Source: Azolla caroliniana (lineage: Eukaryota > Plantae > Polypodiophyta). From it: a stretch of DNA of 64,000 nt. The position numbers and the translations under genes are program-made. Under the pieces are notes generated by a model that saw only the letters and a list, made by a program, of their open reading frames with translations, was not told the origin of the DNA and did not search any database. Below, one piece after another: positions 63,101-64,000 of the stretch (within the stretch, counting starts at the first letter, position 1; every line of letters starts with the position of its first letter). Location: NCBI GenBank assembly GCA_043228905.1, contig JBHGNT010000010.1:20088001-20152000 (forward strand). The letters run 5' to 3'.

Positions 63101-64000
63101 AAACTAATGTTACCTTTGAAATCTTTAAAAAACACTCTTCAACTTAGTTATCCTTCAATCTTTGGACAACATATTTTATCCTTCCATGTAAAACAATTTG
63201 TCATTTTCTTTAATGTCCTTTGTATTCATGGCTTGTCGTGTTACTTTTGATATAGTTGCAAATTTGGTACAATCCATGTTGTTGATATGGGTCTCCCATG
63301 ATCATTTTATTCTAGATTCATTGTAAAATACATTATTCTCTCTATTCTCACATCATTATTGCAAACAAGTACACGATCTCCCTTGTTTTCTTTTGTGTGG
63401 TCTTCTCTTTGTGCAATTTTCTCCATATTGATAGATATTGACCTTGTTGTCCTATATTAATAATATGCTAAAATGAGTGGTGATTTGACTATTATATGTT
63501 TAGGCTTAAATTCAAAATAAATAGGATATTATGAGCCATTCACATGTCCGTCCTCTCACATTAAGAGCATGTAATCCAAAATAGTTGGCATTCACCAACA
63601 TTTTAACCATCATCATATATTTGGATATCGCATGGACTACCATAAGGTGTCAAGTTTGTTACCCCACTAAATCCTAAGCAAGCATCATTATGGCTTGTTG
63701 TAGAAGATAACATGAATGCCTTTTTTATGTAATGTTTACATATAGAAGGTACCATAGTAAAGGGGTATCAAAATTGAATAGAAAAAGACATGTTTAATTT
63801 ATGTAAAAATTACAAACAAGGGAGGTTTTTTATTAGGATTGGACGGCATGTGATATAAAGGGTTTGCATATAGTGAAATTCCTTGTGAGCATGGTATGGC
63901 CTAAATTCATATTCTAACTTTTCATCTCTAGTACTATAATGTTGATCGTGGTATAAGACTATTGCACAATCAAGATCCTTAATGCTTTTATTGTGACATC

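Overview
Eukaryotic, land-plant nuclear DNA, probably a non-seed plant such as a fern (inferred from gene and TE style, not proven). Bases 1-12.4 kb are a GC-rich three-layer nest of Ty3/gypsy LTR retrotransposons. The youngest layer (1404-10217, minus strand) has 456-bp LTRs, a GGCGT target-site duplication, a large extra ORF, and tRNA-Arg-like primer sites at BOTH internal ends with no polypurine tract. The rest is AT-rich and holds four host genes: an intronless FkbM/Methyltransf_21-like membrane-anchored methyltransferase (16.4-17.5 kb, +), an intronless 1228-aa NOMO/nodal modulator (29.7-33.4 kb, -), a 21-exon C2/EF-hand phosphatidylserine decarboxylase (35.4-54.7 kb, -) and an intronless U-box E3 ligase (57.1-58.5 kb, -). 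PSD intron 1 (10 kb) carries a young Ty1/copia element with non-canonical TG..TA LTR ends, and intron 9 carries a hAT-type MITE. There are also two copies of a SINE-like element with two convergent tRNA-like halves, many local tandem duplications, and heavily decayed TE debris. All alignments and coordinates were read by eye; no database searches were run.
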